Virus record (IMG/VR): IMGVR_UViG_3300025659_000312
Direction: 5' to 3' (one strand)
DNA length: 39,006 nucleotides
Source: a virus
The notes under the pieces are model-generated. The model had not been told where the DNA came from. It worked only from the letters and a program-made list of their open reading frames with translations, and did no database searches. The position numbers were made by a program, and so were the translations under genes. The first letter of the stretch is position 1, and each line of letters begins with the position of its first letter. This document shows positions 36,895-39,006 of this stretch, one piece after another.

Positions 36895-38373
36895 CTATAT
36901 TACTACTTCAATAACTTCGTGTTTTTCCTGATAACTTTGTCTGTTTACTATCCGAAATCTTGTTGATGAAAGACCATCTTTGTCCATATCATCCATGTTG
37001 TTTCTAATTTTTTTATTAAATAAATTACGATTTGTCATAATTTCTGGATGTTCACTTCTCATCATATTTTCTAAATTTGAAAAATCTTCTTTGGGTGAAA
37101 TATAACCATAATAACCATTCCTTCTATAAGGTAAATATCGTTCTGTTTTGTTTTTTAATGTTTTATTTTCAAAACCGACGTTGTAAAATCTTGCATGATT
37201 TCCATTTCCAGTTATATCAAAAGTTATATTGTCATATCCACCTTTAAAATCCCAAACTCCAACTGGTAATGTTGATGTCGTATATTCTCCTCTATTATTA
37301 ACTATTCCTTTATTAAAAATTAACTCCATTTCATAATCTTTTATAGTATCATTCCATAACCCAACTTCTGAAACATTCCCTTTTAGAAAGTTTCTCCATA
37401 CGTTTATATTTGGATCTCCAACTCCTATGTAATATGGTTTATTTAGATAATCTATTAACTCACCTTCGTATGTCTCTTTACCGGCTTCTTTTCCATCTAT
37501 GAATAGGGTTAGAGTTTGAGCTTTATCATCTACAATCATACCAATGTGGTGCCAAATTGAATGTAGTAATGGAACTTGTATTATTACAGGGGATTTATCA
37601 CTTGTTCCGTGGGATCTAACCCAAATTACACATTTTATAAATCCACCGTGTGTATATGAAATTCCAGTGTGGTATCCAGAACGACCAAATATAAAATATT
37701 CACAGTTATTTGTGTCTCTGTCTGCACTTGTTGGTGGTTCTCCGTCTGGATAAAACCAAGAACACACACTAAAACTTTTGTTTGTTGTATTCTTTATCTT
37801 TGCATTATCTGTTGGAATTTCTATATAAGAATTTTGTCCGTTAAATGTACCATATGTTTTTGATATTTGATTTTCTATTTCTGTTCTAACTGGTAGTTGT
37901 TTTACTACACATCGTAATAATAAATCATAATCTTCATATCCACTACCCCAGTATTCATTTGAGTAACCATTTATTTTTGCAAAGTGGTCTTTTGTTAATA
38001 ATATAGAACCACCAAAATATTCGTCATATGGTAAATTAAAATGATTAAAATTCTCTATTTTTTCTTGATCACCAAATTTTATATTTAAAAGACCCCCTAC
38101 AAGACTTATTGGTTTTTCTTCATATTCATAATTACATTCATCTGAAATTGGGATCATATCAATATCGTGGAAACAGAAATAATCAAATTTATCCTTATTT
38201 AAGAAATATCCTATATTGAATAACTTACCTTTGTTTAATGGTCTATTTGATTTTTGTTTCATAAAACATAAGTTATAATAAAACTTATCTTCATTTACCA
38301 TTGTCATAAAATGATTTGTAAAGTTTTCTATGTGATATTTATCGTATGGAAGTATAACTGCTAATCTTTTCAT
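36895..38373 (-). CDS. GT7-like protein with inserted LamG domain (paralog 3, divergent active site)
   Basis: LNKG, FHDIDMIP, YFGG, INGYSNEYWGSGYEDYDL; LamG insert. Confidence 0.85.
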   Translation of the reverse strand: MKRLAVILPYDKYHIENFTNHFMTMVNEDKFYYNLCFMKQKSNRPLNKGKLFNIGYFLNKDKFDYFCFHDIDMIPISDECNYEYEEKPISLVGGLLNIKFGDQEKIENFNHFNLPYDEYFGGSILLTKDHFAKINGYSNEYWGSGYEDYDLLLRCVVKQLPVRTEIENQISKTYGTFNGQNSYIEIPTDNAKIKNTTNKSFSVCSWFYPDGEPPTSADRDTNNCEYFIFGRSGYHTGISYTHGGFIKCVIWVRSHGTSDKSPVIIQVPLLHSIWHHIGMIVDDKAQTLTLFIDGKEAGKETYEGELIDYLNKPYYIGVGDPNINVWRNFLKGNVSEVGLWNDTIKDYEMELIFNKGIVNNRGEYTTSTLPVGVWDFKGGYDNITFDITGNGNHARFYNVGFENKTLKNKTERYLPYRRNGYYGYISPKEDFSNLENMMRSEHPEIMTNRNLFNKKIRNNMDDMDKDGLSSTRFRIVNRQSYQEKHEVIEVVI

Positions 38374-39006
38374 GTTCTATATTCTAATGCCTGTGTTCTT
38401 ATTTTATCCCAATGTGGATAATCAAAATAATCTTTACCACTTCTTTCTATCATAAACCTTTCATCATTAATATCAATAGTTCCATAATTATCAATTATAT
38501 AATCAAACATATCTCTATACTCTTTGTGAAAAGTATAATCTTCTTTAATACGAGAAACTTCTCTCAATCTACCTATTACAGTTATATCCCATTTAAAATG
38601 ATGAACTTGGATAAAACAATCACCTACTGGATATCTTAAATCATTCATCCACCTATCACCATACGTATCTACACCATCTATCATTGCGTAATGTTGTCCA
38701 TTGGTAACTTGTATATTACCCTTCATCACCACCGTTTTATTTGGACAGGCATTAGAAATTGGATATCTAAATGAACCTGCCAACGGAAACTCTTCCCAAA
38801 TATCACTATCATCAAATGGAAGAATCTTTGGAAATCTACCACCTTCTCCTATTCTATCTAAAAATGCTCCTGTAATGAACTTATAACCTTTCTCATTACA
38901 ATCTTCTATAAGTTCATTTATTGGCCTTGGGTAAACGTGAAATTCATCATCATCTGCCACAATCCACCAATCATCTGGTTTTAATAACTTTGTTTCATTA
39001 TATAAC
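38370..39006 (-). CDS. GT2-like glycosyltransferase (partial, starts beyond right edge)
   Basis: Frame stays open to the window end: LYNETKLLKPDDWWIVADDDEF (DxD-type motif); later HHFKW. Confidence 0.7.
   Translation of the reverse strand, partial: LYNETKLLKPDDWWIVADDDEFHVYPRPINELIEDCNEKGYKFITGAFLDRIGEGGRFPKILPFDDSDIWEEFPLAGSFRYPISNACPNKTVVMKGNIQVTNGQHYAMIDGVDTYGDRWMNDLRYPVGDCFIQVHHFKWDITVIGRLREVSRIKEDYTFHKEYRDMFDYIIDNYGTIDINDERFMIERSGKDYFDYPHWDKIRTQALEYRT

Noticed and set aside
734-38886. All + strand ORFs in the track (e.g. 1827-2249, 8887-9483, 6207-6563) and nested minus-strand ORFs 12272-12475 and 35432-35641
   Set aside because: They lie within or opposite well-supported genes, are Phe/Leu/Ile/Ser-rich shadow translations, and show no recognisable motifs.
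38370-38960. Track start at 38960 for the last ORF
   Set aside because: The frame is open to the window edge and the GTG falls inside the WWIVADDDEF motif; the gene is 5'-truncated by the window.
1-39006. Alternative genetic code (TAG or TGA reassignment)
   Set aside because: Code 11 gives full-length, tightly packed genes, and TAA, TAG and TGA all occur at gene ends next to downstream starts.
12180-39006. Eukaryotic giant virus (NCLDV) origin suggested by GT7 and glycan genes
   Set aside because: SD motifs, GTG/TTG starts and operon-like overlapping genes indicate bacterial-type translation.
1-39006. tRNA, rRNA, riboswitch or strong intrinsic terminators
   Set aside because: Intergenic gaps are short and AT-rich; no cloverleaf or GC-rich hairpin plus U-tract was recognised by eye. 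A covariance-model scan was not run.

Overview
AT-rich 39 kb segment with every credible gene on the minus strand. Genes are tightly coupled (ATGA/TAATG overlaps, GGAG Shine-Dalgarno sites) and read in code 11. The content fits a large uncultured dsDNA bacteriophage (T4-like or jumbo type; inference, since no capsid or terminase gene is in the window). Block A (1-12.1 kb) is a run of mostly small genes. Many start with one of two recurring leader peptides (MIKLKDLLxE; MKI(T/S)KTQL(K/R)E(M/L)IREE) ending in an L/I-x-E motif. Its products include two Pol-beta-type nucleotidyltransferases, a HIGH-cytidyltransferase fused to an RNA-ligase-like domain, a HAD phosphatase and ADP-ribosyltransferase-like proteins. 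It also holds a P-loop kinase broken at its Walker A motif by a naturally split intein, with a small Cys-rich ORF between the two halves. At the left edge a GIY-YIG homing endonuclease follows a small gene that appears cut after 20 codons. Block B (12.2-39 kb) is a glycan synthesis and decoration island: carbamoyltransferase, several glycosyltransferase families, five SGNH-fold proteins, two methyltransferases, short TPP-enzyme alpha/beta subunits, RmlC, an SDR epimerase, two radical SAM enzymes, and three GT7 galactosyltransferases that each carry an inserted LamG domain. No tRNA, rRNA or CRISPR array was recognised. Family assignments come from motifs read by eye, not from database searches.
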